A DNA stretch of 64,000 nt from Polyangia bacterium. Its GTDB lineage: Bacteria; Myxococcota_A; Polyangia; Nannocystales; Nannocystaceae. Made by a program: the position numbers and the translations under genes. The notes below the pieces were generated by a model. It made no database searches, had not been told where the DNA came from, and saw only the letters and a program-made list of their open reading frames with translations. Location: positions 193,130-257,129 of the forward strand of contig JAUHWG010000011.1 in assembly GCA_030424595.1 (NCBI GenBank), in the 5' to 3' direction. Below are positions 11,617 to 20,683 of the stretch, in pieces (within the stretch, counting starts at the first letter, position 1; each line of letters begins with the position of its first letter).

Positions 11617-12932
11617 CGCTCGGCTCCGGCTGAAGGCGCTCGCTCGAGCTCGGCCCGGATCGTGGCCCCGATCGCCGCTGCGGTGGTCTCACCGTCTGCT
11701 GCCGAGGCGGCGGGGCCTCGCCAGCCGCGGACATCGCCGCAGGCCCAGAGGGTCCACGGCGCCGCCTCCCTTGCCCCTCCTTCGGAGCTCTCGACGCGGC
11801 CGACGTCGTCGGTGACGACGGCGAAGCCGTGACCGTCGAAGCGGAGGCGCCCGCCGGCCTGGGCGGCGAGCTCGTGGACGGGGGCGGGCGTCGGCGCGAG
11901 GGCGACGAGGCGACAGGGGACCCTGCGATCGGCGAGCTCGACCCCGTCGACCGTATCGCCGCCGGTGATCCTCCGGACCTCGTCGCTGGCGAAGCGTTGG
12001 GCTCCGAGCTCCTGGGCGAGGGCCTCGGCATGATCGCCGTCGCCGATCACGATCACCGGCGCGGCGGCTCGGACCTCCCCGCGGCGGAGCAGGTGGACGA
12101 GCCCGCGGGCGGAGACCACCCCGGGAAGGTCATTGTTGGCGATCGGCAGCATCGGCTCGCGGCCGCCGACGGCGAGGATGACGTGCTGGGGGCGGATGAT
12201 GTGGAGGGCGAGGTCGCCGGCCGCGGTGCTGAGGGGCGCGGCGGCGGCGGCCCAGAGACCCTCCTGCGGATAGGCCGCGAAGACCCCCACACCGCTCAGG
12301 AGCCCCGCCGGCAGCGCTCCGGGGCTCGTCTCCAAGGTCCTTCGATCGAGCCGGTCGATCGTCAGCGCTTCGATCCCAGCGCGCTCAAGGGCGCAGGCCG
12401 CAGCCCGGCCCGCCGAGCCGGAGCCGACGATGAGCACCTGGGGTCGGTGCTCGTGGCTCGTGGCGGGGGCGGTCGACGCTGCGTCCGGGAGCACGCCGAA
12501 GCCGGTCATCGTCCGGGCGACCCGCTGCATCACCGCGTTGGCGAGGCGCGGCCGGACCACGAGGTGGTGGTGATCGATGCCGTCGCGGAAGAGGCTGTCG
12601 ACGATCGGCGTCGGGTCGAGCCCCGCCGGGCCCCACTGGTTTTGCGCCTCGACCTTGAGGCCGTCGCGGACCGGCGTCGTGCAGGCGCGGATGTTCGGCT
12701 CTCCGTCGATCCGGACCTGGCAGGAGCCACACTCGCCGCGCAGGCAGTAGGGGCCCCGCGGGCGCCGGTACTTCGGCGAGCGCGTGGTCGCCAGGATCCC
12801 AGCCCGGAGGAGCGCCGATGAGAGCGGCTCGCCGGCGAGGGCGTGCAACGTCTGGCCCCCGTACTCGATGGTCACCGCATCGCTGTCAGCGATCGGCGCG
12901 CGGAGTTCGAAGAGGGGCCGAACCTTGCGCAC
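11613..12932 (-). CDS. NAD(P)/FAD-binding oxidoreductase with an N-terminal [2Fe-2S] ferredoxin-like module (HcnB / OoxA / LhpE-alpha-like)
   Basis: N-terminal CLRGECGSCQVRIDGEPNIRAC. Dinucleotide-binding VLIVGSGSAGRAAACALERAG. Second Rossmann segment near VIVIGDGDHAEALAQEL. Confidence 0.75.
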   Translation of the reverse strand: MRKVRPLFELRAPIADSDAVTIEYGGQTLHALAGEPLSSALLRAGILATTRSPKYRRPRGPYCLRGECGSCQVRIDGEPNIRACTTPVRDGLKVEAQNQWGPAGLDPTPIVDSLFRDGIDHHHLVVRPRLANAVMQRVARTMTGFGVLPDAASTAPATSHEHRPQVLIVGSGSAGRAAACALERAGIEALTIDRLDRRTLETSPGALPAGLLSGVGVFAAYPQEGLWAAAAAPLSTAAGDLALHIIRPQHVILAVGGREPMLPIANNDLPGVVSARGLVHLLRRGEVRAAAPVIVIGDGDHAEALAQELGAQRFASDEVRRITGGDTVDGVELADRRVPCRLVALAPTPAPVHELAAQAGGRLRFDGHGFAVVTDDVGRVESSEGGAREAAPWTLWACGDVRGWRGPAASAADGETTAAAIGATIRAELERAPSAGAER

Positions 12933-12971
12933 ACAAGCCTGTTAGCACCGGTCTCACGCCTCGACAATCAC

Positions 12972-13682
12972 TCAATAGGGGCGCGGTCCGAAGATCGCGG
13001 TCCCGACCCGGACCAGGGTCGCGCCCTCTTCGATGGCGACCTCAAAGTCCGAGCTCATGCCCATTGACAAGTGTTCGAGATCGACGCCTGGGCGCCCTTC
13101 CTCCGCGAGCTGTCCGCGAAGCGCGCTGAGCCGGGCGAAGACCCCTCGGGTGACCTCCGGCGGGGCCGGCGGGGGGATCAACATCAGGCCGACGCAGCGG
13201 ACGTGCGGGGTGGCTGCGAATCGGTCGAGGAGCGCCGGTAGCTCGGCCTCGGAGACGCCGGCCTTGTGGGACTCGCCGCCGAGGTTGACCTCGACGAGCA
13301 CCTCTTGGAGGAGCTCTTCGCGGGCGGCGCGGGCCTCGATCGCGTCGAGGATCGAGCGCGTGTCGACGGTGTGGATCAGCGCCTTGCCGACCACGTACTT
13401 GACCTTGTTGCGCTGGAGCGCGCCGATGAAGTGCCAGCGCGGCGGATCGTTCTCGAGCGCCGCCGCCTTGTCGCGGAATTCCTGGGCGTAGTTCTCGCCG
13501 AAGTCCTCGAGGCCAGCGGCGCGGGCCTCGGTGATCGCCGCGAGCGGATGGCGCTTCGACACGCCGATGAGCCGCGGCGCAGGTCCGGGGCCCCTGCGGG
13601 CGACCGCAGCGGCGACTCGCTCGCGGATCCGGGCGAGGTTGTCGGCGAGGTCGGCAGCCGCTGGCGTGGCCGCGGAGTTCAT
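12972..13682 (-). CDS. yggS: YggS-family pyridoxal-phosphate homeostasis protein
   Basis: LIGVSKRHP...HFIGALQRNKVKYVVGK...LSMGMSSDFEVAIEEGATLVRVGTAIFG is the characteristic YggS/PROSC pattern. ATG 13682 preceded by GGAGG. 4-bp overlap with maf. Confidence 0.8.
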   Translation of the reverse strand: MNSAATPAAADLADNLARIRERVAAAVARRGPGPAPRLIGVSKRHPLAAITEARAAGLEDFGENYAQEFRDKAAALENDPPRWHFIGALQRNKVKYVVGKALIHTVDTRSILDAIEARAAREELLQEVLVEVNLGGESHKAGVSEAELPALLDRFAATPHVRCVGLMLIPPPAPPEVTRGVFARLSALRGQLAEEGRPGVDLEHLSMGMSSDFEVAIEEGATLVRVGTAIFGPRPY

Positions 13683-14305
13683 CGTCTCGCCTCCGGCGAG
13701 GGGGCTGGATCGAGGGCGTCGAGGGCGTCGAGGGCGTCGAGGGCGTCGAGAACCTCCGCTACGGGGAGCCCGACCACGCCGGTGTACGAGCCCTGGATCG
13801 CCCGGACCAAGCCCGCGGCCTGGCCCTGGATCGCGTAGCCGCCGGCCTTGCCGCGCCACTCCTCGGTGTCGAGGTAGCGCTCTAGGAGCGCGTCTCGTCG
13901 GGCACCGTCGAGCCTCCGCATCGACACGATCGTCGTGGTCGCCCCGTGATGCCAGCGGGGCTCGGCGCCGCGGGTGTCGACGAGGGCGAAGGCCGTGGTC
14001 ACGCGATGGTCACCGGCGTCGAAGAGCGCCCTCAGGAAGCTGCGCGCCTCGTCGCGGTCCGCGGGTTTGCCGAGCGGCTCCGCGTCGCGCCGGATCCAGA
14101 CCGTGGTGTCGGCGGCGAGGATCCTTTGGTCAGGGCGGAGCGCGAGGGCGGCCTTGTCGGCGGCGATGCGACGGGCGTAGCGCTCGGGCGTCTCCCCCGG
14201 GCGCCAGGTCTCGTCGCAGTCGACGGGGGCGATCTCCAGCGCGACGCCGGCGGCGCGGAGGAGCTCGGCGCGGCGCGGCGAAGCGGAGGCGAGGAGCAGG
14301 GTCAC
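13679..14305 (-). CDS. maf: Maf-like nucleoside-triphosphate pyrophosphatase with a C-terminal (DAL)n repeat
   Basis: LLLASASPRRAELLRAAG...GKAGGYAIQG pattern. GTG start at 14305. The 3' end carries 4 x 9-bp tandem units (GACGCCCTC, 13715-13755) encoding DALDALDALDALD. Confidence 0.75.
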   Translation of the reverse strand: MTLLLASASPRRAELLRAAGVALEIAPVDCDETWRPGETPERYARRIAADKAALALRPDQRILAADTTVWIRRDAEPLGKPADRDEARSFLRALFDAGDHRVTTAFALVDTRGAEPRWHHGATTTIVSMRRLDGARRDALLERYLDTEEWRGKAGGYAIQGQAAGLVRAIQGSYTGVVGLPVAEVLDALDALDALDALDPAPSPEARR

Positions 14306-14373
14306 ACTAGGCCTTGTGGCCGATCGCCGCAGGCAACGCAACTGCGATCGGGGCTGCGCTATCCTAGCCGGCG

Positions 14374-15369
14374 ATGACGACGACACCGACGCTTCGCGGA
14401 TCCACCTGCGCCTCCTGGGGAGGTCTGGTCTTTCTTCCCCTGGTGCTCGGTCTCGGTGCGGCAGACGCCCTCTCGCCCGAGATGGGCGAGCCCGCGCAGG
14501 CGCCGATCCTCGAGGTCGAGGCCAGCTCGCTGAAGCTCGGCGCTGCGGTCATCGACGGCGAGGTCGGCTGTCAGGGGGGCTCGCTCGCGGTCGATGTCGA
14601 CGATGAGGCCATCGCCGGTGATCCGCTGGTCGGCGTCTGGCAGCGCTTCGCGGCCCACGCCGAGGGGGACACCGTCCGCTTCTATTACTTCCACGGCGAC
14701 GGAAACGGCCTCTACCGCTACGGCAAGGTCGGCCTGACCAACACCCACGCCTTCGACTACCGCGTCGCTGAGGGGCGCGTCCGGCTGCGCTTTCGCAAGA
14801 CCGGCGAGGAGGCGTCGATCCCCTTCACGATCACCGCCGATCCGGAGCGTGAGGGTCGCTCGTGGCTGACCCTCGACGGTGATCCGCGGGACGGTGAAGG
14901 CCGCTACTTCCGCGACCCGCGGACGGCCGCAGAGTCCTGCGAGATCAGCGACGCGGCGACAAACGACGCGCCCCGGGGCATCGGCAACCGCCTGTGGAGC
15001 GAGGAGCGGAGCTTCGCCGCCGGCGGCATGGGCTTCGCGATGTATCAGCTCCAACCCCAGACCATCGACGGGCGCGGCGTCGGCTGGTTCCACCGCGGCG
15101 ACTTCGACGAGTGGACCACCGAGGCGCTCACCTACCGCCGCCAGGGGGACACCCTGACCCTCCACTTCATGCTCAGCGGCGAGTCCCTGTCGACGCCGAT
15201 GTCGCTCGTCGCCGGCAGCGGCGGCCGCGGTGAGGAGACGCGGACGCTCGAGCTCGCGGATGATCCGAGGAACTACTGGCATCGCCAACGCTATCTCGAC
15301 CGCGGGCCCTCGTTCGCCGCGGTTCAGGAGCTGGGCGGCGGGATCCTGCCGGGTCTCTGCGCTCCCTGA
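14374..15369 (+). CDS. Hypothetical secreted protein
   Basis: N-terminal signal-like hydrophobic segment GGLVFLPLVLGLGAADA. GC3-biased frame. No recognisable motif. Confidence 0.5.
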   Translation: MTTTPTLRGSTCASWGGLVFLPLVLGLGAADALSPEMGEPAQAPILEVEASSLKLGAAVIDGEVGCQGGSLAVDVDDEAIAGDPLVGVWQRFAAHAEGDTVRFYYFHGDGNGLYRYGKVGLTNTHAFDYRVAEGRVRLRFRKTGEEASIPFTITADPEREGRSWLTLDGDPRDGEGRYFRDPRTAAESCEISDAATNDAPRGIGNRLWSEERSFAAGGMGFAMYQLQPQTIDGRGVGWFHRGDFDEWTTEALTYRRQGDTLTLHFMLSGESLSTPMSLVAGSGGRGEETRTLELADDPRNYWHRQRYLDRGPSFAAVQELGGGILPGLCAP

Positions 15370-15439
15370 GCGCTGCGCGTTGCAGCGGCGGATCGCGGAG
15401 GTCCTGCAACGAGTCTGAGGGGCGGACGATCCCCCGCCC

Positions 15440-17398
15440 ATGTCCTGTGCTCCTGCGCTCTGCCGTGCGCCTACCGTCCTGTCGAAGCCCGAGCGGAGCG
15501 GCCGCATGGGCGTCCCGTCGGGGAGGCTGTCGAGGGGTCTGTCGACTGCCGAGCGGAGCGACCGCCCGGGGGGGTTGTCGAACGCCGAACGGAGCGGCCT
15601 GTCGAGCGGCCTGTCGAGCGCCCCGTCGGGCGCCTGCTCGCGTTCTCCGTCGAGCGTCCCCTGGACCCGGTCCATCGCTCCCTCGGGCCTCCGGTCGTTC
15701 GCGCCGTCGGTCGTTCGCGCTTGCGCCGGCGTCGGAGCCTGCCTCGCGCTCATCGGCTGTACGGAGTGGTCGCCGAGGGCGGACCTCGAGGGGCCGCGGG
15801 TGCTCAGCGCCAGCCTCGTCGGCCCTCGATCGGTCGAAGTCGGGGTCGCGGAGATCTTGGAGGTCAGCTTCTCGGAGCCGCTCGATCCGGAGAGCCTCAG
15901 CGCAGGCTCCGTCGCGATCGTCCCGTGGGTCGAGGTCGGCCGCTGCGATCGGACACCGCATTGCGACATAGGCTCCTGCGAGCGCGGTCGTTGCCAGGTC
16001 GATCCGCTCAGCACGGGAGACCTCGGGCGGCTCGATCGCGGCGTCTACGAGCCCGAGGTCGCCCTCCAGTGGTCGCTCGGTCCCTCCGCTGCGGGTCCTT
16101 CGTCACGCTTAGAGATCTGGCCGGAGGCGGCGCTCGCCGGGGGCTGGCGCCACTCGCTGATCCTCGGGGGCGCTCTGCGAGATCGCTCGGGGGCGCCCTT
16201 GGTCGACGATGAGGGCGAACGGTCTGGTTGGCGGCGGGACTTCGTCACCGCGCCGCCCGGCTCGTCGGGACCGGAGGCGAAGCTCGTCACCCCGGCCAGC
16301 GGCGAGCTGGTCCCCCGCAACCTCGCGCGGGTCGTGACGGAGTTCACCGCGCCGGTCGACGACGCGCTGCTCGGGGCGAGCCTCGATCTCCTGGGCGAAG
16401 ACGGTTCGCGCGCCCTCTTGGAGGAGCCGGTCCCCTGCGCCGGGTGGGTCCCCGGATATTGCCTCGAGTGGTCCCTCTCCGCGCCGCTGGAGCCGGGCGT
16501 CGCCTATCGGATCGGCGGGGGGTCTCTGCGGGATCGCCGAGGCCGGAGCGCCGTCGTGCCCCACCTCTTCGAGTGGTTCGCCGCGTCGCCTGTCGCCGAT
16601 GAGGAGCCGCCGGATCCCGGTCAGGTGAGGGTCGAGCGGCGCGGAGGTTGCGTGCACGCGGTGCTCGAGGGGGACGAGCCGCTGACGCTCCAGCTCGAGC
16701 TCGACGGGAGGGTCGCGACCGCAGGCGGCGCAGCAGGGGAGCGCCTCGAGGTCGCCATCAGGATCGACGGATCGCCTCCCCAGGGGTCCCTGACCGCCTC
16801 GCTGACGCTCGAGGACCGCGCTGGGAACCGCGCGAGCGACTCCCGCGACGTCGACCTCTCGGGCGCTGACATACCCCCGCTCGCGCTCGTCGAGGTGCTC
16901 GCCAACCCCGCGGGGCGCGAGCCAGATCAGGAGATGGTCGAGCTGGTCGACGTCCGCGTCGACGGGCCGACCCTCGAGGTCGAGGGCCTGTGGTTCGCCG
17001 ATCTCGCCTGGTCGGAGGTCGCGGCCGCCCTCATCGCCGGAGACCCGCCGGGGCGGCCCCTGCCGAGCTTTCTGAGCGTGCCTGGGCAGCGGACCGTGGT
17101 CGTCGGTGATCGCTATGTCCTGGGTGATCCCGCCGATCCCGACCCCGACGCGGAGACGACGCTCGTCGTCCTCGATGGTTCCCTCGGCGCCGGCGGCCTG
17201 GGCAACGGCGGCGAGCCGATCGTGATCTACGAGCCGCTGACGGCGACGCTGGTCACCTCCTACGAGCGGCCGCTCGAGGTGCGCGGGGCCGCAGATCAGG
17301 GCCGGAGCGCGGTCAATTCGCACCCCTCGGCCTGTGACGTCGGGGCGGCCTGGGAGGTCCATCCGCTGGGCGTGTCGTCGCCGGGGTGGGCGCCCTGA
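15440..17398 (+). CDS. Lipoprotein with Ig-like (BIG/SbsA-like) domains and a C-terminal lamin-tail domain (LTD). Start uncertain.
   Basis: Lipobox RACAGVGACLALIGCTEW. Repeated ~100-aa beta-rich modules. C-terminal LALVEVLANPAGREPDQEMVELVDV matches the LTD consensus (INEVLANPAG...E[FW]VEL). The n-region upstream of the lipobox is unusually long and repetitive. Confidence 0.6.
   Translation: MSCAPALCRAPTVLSKPERSGRMGVPSGRLSRGLSTAERSDRPGGLSNAERSGLSSGLSSAPSGACSRSPSSVPWTRSIAPSGLRSFAPSVVRACAGVGACLALIGCTEWSPRADLEGPRVLSASLVGPRSVEVGVAEILEVSFSEPLDPESLSAGSVAIVPWVEVGRCDRTPHCDIGSCERGRCQVDPLSTGDLGRLDRGVYEPEVALQWSLGPSAAGPSSRLEIWPEAALAGGWRHSLILGGALRDRSGAPLVDDEGERSGWRRDFVTAPPGSSGPEAKLVTPASGELVPRNLARVVTEFTAPVDDALLGASLDLLGEDGSRALLEEPVPCAGWVPGYCLEWSLSAPLEPGVAYRIGGGSLRDRRGRSAVVPHLFEWFAASPVADEEPPDPGQVRVERRGGCVHAVLEGDEPLTLQLELDGRVATAGGAAGERLEVAIRIDGSPPQGSLTASLTLEDRAGNRASDSRDVDLSGADIPPLALVEVLANPAGREPDQEMVELVDVRVDGPTLEVEGLWFADLAWSEVAAALIAGDPPGRPLPSFLSVPGQRTVVVGDRYVLGDPADPDPDAETTLVVLDGSLGAGGLGNGGEPIVIYEPLTATLVTSYERPLEVRGAADQGRSAVNSHPSACDVGAAWEVHPLGVSSPGWAP
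15485..15720 (+). repeat. Degenerate ~21-24-bp tandem repeats (CTGTCGANNGCCGAGCGGAGCG..., about 5 units) at the 5' end of, or upstream of, the following lipoprotein gene
   Basis: Read directly. The repeat translates as LSKPERSG / LSTAERSD / LSNAERSG / LSSGLSS. No start codon exists between the repeats and the lipobox. Confidence 0.5.
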
Positions 17399-19770
17399 TG
17401 GCGACGGGGCAGGGCGGCGCGGGTGAGCGAGCGCGTGCCGGGGGGCTTTCGCCGCAGCCAGAGCTGTCGCATGCTGCGGCGGGTATGGCCATCTCCGGCG
17501 ACGCCCTCCTCGGCCGCGATGGAACGCCTGAGGTTCGCCTCGAGGGCCGCGTCCTCAGCATGGTCTTCCACTCGCCGAAGACCCGGTACACGGTGCTCAA
17601 GGTCTACATCCAGGGAACCCTGGATCCGACGACCTGGGTCGGCCGCTCGCTCGGCGTCGAGGAGGGGGCGCAGGTGTCGGCCGCCGGCGAGTGGGTGATG
17701 CACCCGGAGCACGGCCGCCAGTTCTCCTTCGCCCGCCTGGTGGTCAAGGCGCCGACGACCATCGCCGGGATCCAGCGCCGCCTCGAGAAGTACCCGGGCC
17801 TCGGCAGGGACAAGGCGGAGAAGATCGTCAAGCGCTTCGGCGCCGACACCTTCGCGATCCTCGACAAGGAGCCCCGTCGTCTGGTCGAGGTCGAGGGGAT
17901 CGGCCCCAAGACCCTAGAGCGGGTGGTCGAGTATCACGCGAGCCGCTCGGGGCCGGTCGCAGAGGTCGAAAACCAGCTCATCGAGCTCGAGCTGCCGACC
18001 TACCACGCCGACGCCCTGGTCCGCTGCTTCGGCAACGACGCGCTGATGGTCCTCCGGAATCACCCCTATCGCCTCGCCCGTGAGGTCCGCGGGATCGGCT
18101 TTCTCACCGCCGATCGGATCGCCCGGGCCCTCGGCGTCGATATGGACAGCGACGACCGGGTCGACGCGGGTCTCCTCTACGTGCTCGAGCAGGCGGAGAG
18201 CGACGGCCACTGTGCGCTGCCCCGGGACCGCCTGCTCCACACGGCGATCAGCCTCCTCGCGCTTCCCGGCAGCCGCGAGCTCGACTCCAGCGTCCACAGC
18301 GACCGGATCGATCCGATGCGCCTGGACGCCGGGATCGAGCGCCTCTTGAGCTCCGCCGAGCTTGTCGCCGAGGAGCGGGTGAACGCGCCGCCGCTCCTCT
18401 TCCTCGCCGATCTCTACGCGGCCGAGGAGAACGTCGCCCGGGTTCTCGGCGACCTGACGACGACGGCCCACGAGCGCTGGAACCCGGGCGAGCTGCCGGC
18501 GAACCTCAGCCCAGGCCAGGTCCAGGCCGTCCGGGCGATCGCCGACGCCGGCCTGGTCGTGCTCACGGGCGGGCCCGGCACCGGCAAGAGCACGGTGATC
18601 CGCCAGGTGATCGAGATGGCGCTCGCCCACGAGTGTGACCTCATGCTGGCCGCGCCGACCGGGCGCGCGGCGAAGCGCCTGGCCGAGGCGACAGGTCAGG
18701 AGGCGAAGACGATCCACCGCCTCCTCGAGATCCAAGGGAGCAGCGGCGCCTTCACCTACCACGCCAACAACCCGCTCCCGGGGCCGGCGCTGGTCGTCAT
18801 CGACGAGGCGTCGATGCTCGACATCAGCCTCGCCGACGCGCTCTTCTCGGCGCTGACGACCGAGCATCGGCTGATGCTCGTCGGCGACGTCGATCAGCTC
18901 CCCTCGGTCGGCCCGGGCAACGTGCTGCGTGACGTGCTCGCGGCCGCGGAGCGCCCTGGATCGCCGATCCCGGTGGTCCGGCTGCAGCAGATCTTTCGCC
19001 AGGCGGAGGGCTCGTCGATCATCGTCAACGCGCACACGATCCTCGAGGGAGGGCGCCTGGTCCCGGACAGCGGCGGCGAGGGGCAGTTCTTCGTCGTCAA
19101 CGCCCGCGACGCCGAGCGGGCCCACGAGCTGATCATGAAGGCGGTCTGTGAGCGGGTGCCGGAGACCTACGGCCTGGATCCGCGGACCGACGTCCAGATC
19201 CTCTGCCCGATGCACAAGGGCAAGGCGGGGACCACAGCGTTCAACCGGGCGCTCCAGGAGCGCTTCACCGCGGGGGAGCCGGAGGTCGTTCTCGACGGCG
19301 GCGGGCGGATGCAGCCGCGGCGCTTTCGCGTCGGCGACCGGGTCATGCAGACCCGCAACGACTACGACCGCAACGTCTTCAACGGCGACATCGGCCTGGT
19401 GAGCAGCGTCAACGAGGGCAAGCAGAGCCTAGTCGTCGAGATCGACGGGATCCCGGTGGCCTACGAGAACAAGCAGCTCGTCGCGCTCCAGCTCGCCTAC
19501 GCGGTGACGATCCACAAGAGCCAGGGCAGCGAGTTCCCGGCGGTGATCATCCCGCTCCTCGGCGAGCACCACGTCATGCTCCGGCGAAACCTCCTCTACA
19601 CCGCCGTGACCCGGGCCCAGCGCCTCTGCCTCGTGGTCGGCGATCCCCGAGCGATCGCCAGGGCGATCCGTCAGGCGGACGCGTCCCGTCGCTTCACCGG
19701 CCTGGGCAACCGCCTCGCGGGGACGCTCCGCGAGGCGATGGGGGAGAGCGAGATCGTCTATGTGGATTGA
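17398..19770 (+). CDS. recD2: RecD2-type ATP-dependent DNA helicase (SF1B, RecD-like)
   Basis: N-terminal OB-like domain and HhH region (YPGLGRDKAEKIVKRFG). Walker A VLTGGPGTGKST. DEAS-type motif (VIDEASMLD). YAVTIHKSQGSEF C-terminal motif. ATG overlaps the upstream stop (TGATG). Confidence 0.85.
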   Translation: MATGQGGAGERARAGGLSPQPELSHAAAGMAISGDALLGRDGTPEVRLEGRVLSMVFHSPKTRYTVLKVYIQGTLDPTTWVGRSLGVEEGAQVSAAGEWVMHPEHGRQFSFARLVVKAPTTIAGIQRRLEKYPGLGRDKAEKIVKRFGADTFAILDKEPRRLVEVEGIGPKTLERVVEYHASRSGPVAEVENQLIELELPTYHADALVRCFGNDALMVLRNHPYRLAREVRGIGFLTADRIARALGVDMDSDDRVDAGLLYVLEQAESDGHCALPRDRLLHTAISLLALPGSRELDSSVHSDRIDPMRLDAGIERLLSSAELVAEERVNAPPLLFLADLYAAEENVARVLGDLTTTAHERWNPGELPANLSPGQVQAVRAIADAGLVVLTGGPGTGKSTVIRQVIEMALAHECDLMLAAPTGRAAKRLAEATGQEAKTIHRLLEIQGSSGAFTYHANNPLPGPALVVIDEASMLDISLADALFSALTTEHRLMLVGDVDQLPSVGPGNVLRDVLAAAERPGSPIPVVRLQQIFRQAEGSSIIVNAHTILEGGRLVPDSGGEGQFFVVNARDAERAHELIMKAVCERVPETYGLDPRTDVQILCPMHKGKAGTTAFNRALQERFTAGEPEVVLDGGGRMQPRRFRVGDRVMQTRNDYDRNVFNGDIGLVSSVNEGKQSLVVEIDGIPVAYENKQLVALQLAYAVTIHKSQGSEFPAVIIPLLGEHHVMLRRNLLYTAVTRAQRLCLVVGDPRAIARAIRQADASRRFTGLGNRLAGTLREAMGESEIVYVD

Positions 19771-19809
19771 TGCTGCGGCGCAGGTTCGGCATCGCGGAGG
19801 AGCGCGCCG

Positions 19810-20526
19810 TTGAGCCAGCGCCTCCGCACGATCGCGCAGAAGCTCTTCGAGCGGCCTTCGCTCGGCCTCCTCGCCGCGGGGGGCTGCACGCGGATGGTCG
19901 CCTGCCGCCTGCCGCCGGAGCATCGCGCCCCCTTTGACGAGCTCCACGCGGCGCTCCGGCAGTGGCTCCCCGGCGAAGATCGGGCGGCGATCGTCGATCT
20001 CTACTGGCGCCTCTTCCCGGCCTGCATGCAGGTCTGTCTGCACTACAACAAGCGCAGCCATCCCAGCGACGCGACGATGAGCGCCGCGTATCTGCAGTTC
20101 CGCTGCCTCCTGCCGATGCTCGGGCGGGTGCTCCCCGCGGACGGCTTCTACGACATGGGCTTCGAGGACTTCCTTTCGACCGCGAAGCGCACGGCGAAGC
20201 CCGGCACCTCCGCGACCGTCCTCGCCCGCCGTTTCGAGCGGATCCTCGAGCTCGAGGCGCGCCCCTGGTCGGAGCAGTGCGGGGCGGTCGATCGCATGCT
20301 CTGGGAGGTGCCGGTCAAGGAGACCGCCTTCGCGCCCCGTCTGCGGCGGCTGGTCCTGCACCTCTCGGTGGGGGGCGCCTGGAGTTGGCGCGAGGTGTCC
20401 GGCGCTCGCCTCCTCCACTTTCAGGGGGAGGGCGGTGCGGTCTCGCTGGTGCTCTCCGCGGAGGAGCGAGCGGCCCTCGCAGCGCTCTGCCCCCCGCTCG
20501 CGGCCGCTGACGAGGCCCCTCGTTGA
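19810..20526 (+). CDS. Hypothetical cytoplasmic protein
   Basis: GC3-biased ORF between recD2 and a convergent gene. No recognisable domain. Non-ATG start. Confidence 0.4.
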   Translation: MSQRLRTIAQKLFERPSLGLLAAGGCTRMVACRLPPEHRAPFDELHAALRQWLPGEDRAAIVDLYWRLFPACMQVCLHYNKRSHPSDATMSAAYLQFRCLLPMLGRVLPADGFYDMGFEDFLSTAKRTAKPGTSATVLARRFERILELEARPWSEQCGAVDRMLWEVPVKETAFAPRLRRLVLHLSVGGAWSWREVSGARLLHFQGEGGAVSLVLSAEERAALAALCPPLAAADEAPR

Positions 20527-20683
20527 TGGCCGGCATCGCAGACGAAGTCGAGACCGCGACCCTCCGCGCAGAGCCGCGGCCCTCGCGGCGAGGGAGCGCC
20601 TAGCTCTTCAGACCTCGCACCCCAAAGAGAGGAACCGCCGCGCCGACGTGCCTGTCGGGTGGCGGTCCTCTGCCACGACCGGC

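Noticed and set aside
14359-17362. Long minus-strand ORFs (14359..16014 and 16109..17362) opposite the secreted-protein and lipoprotein genes
   Set aside because: No motifs, extreme Arg/Gly/Ala/Pro content. The plus-strand frames have signal peptides, a lipobox and an LTD motif.
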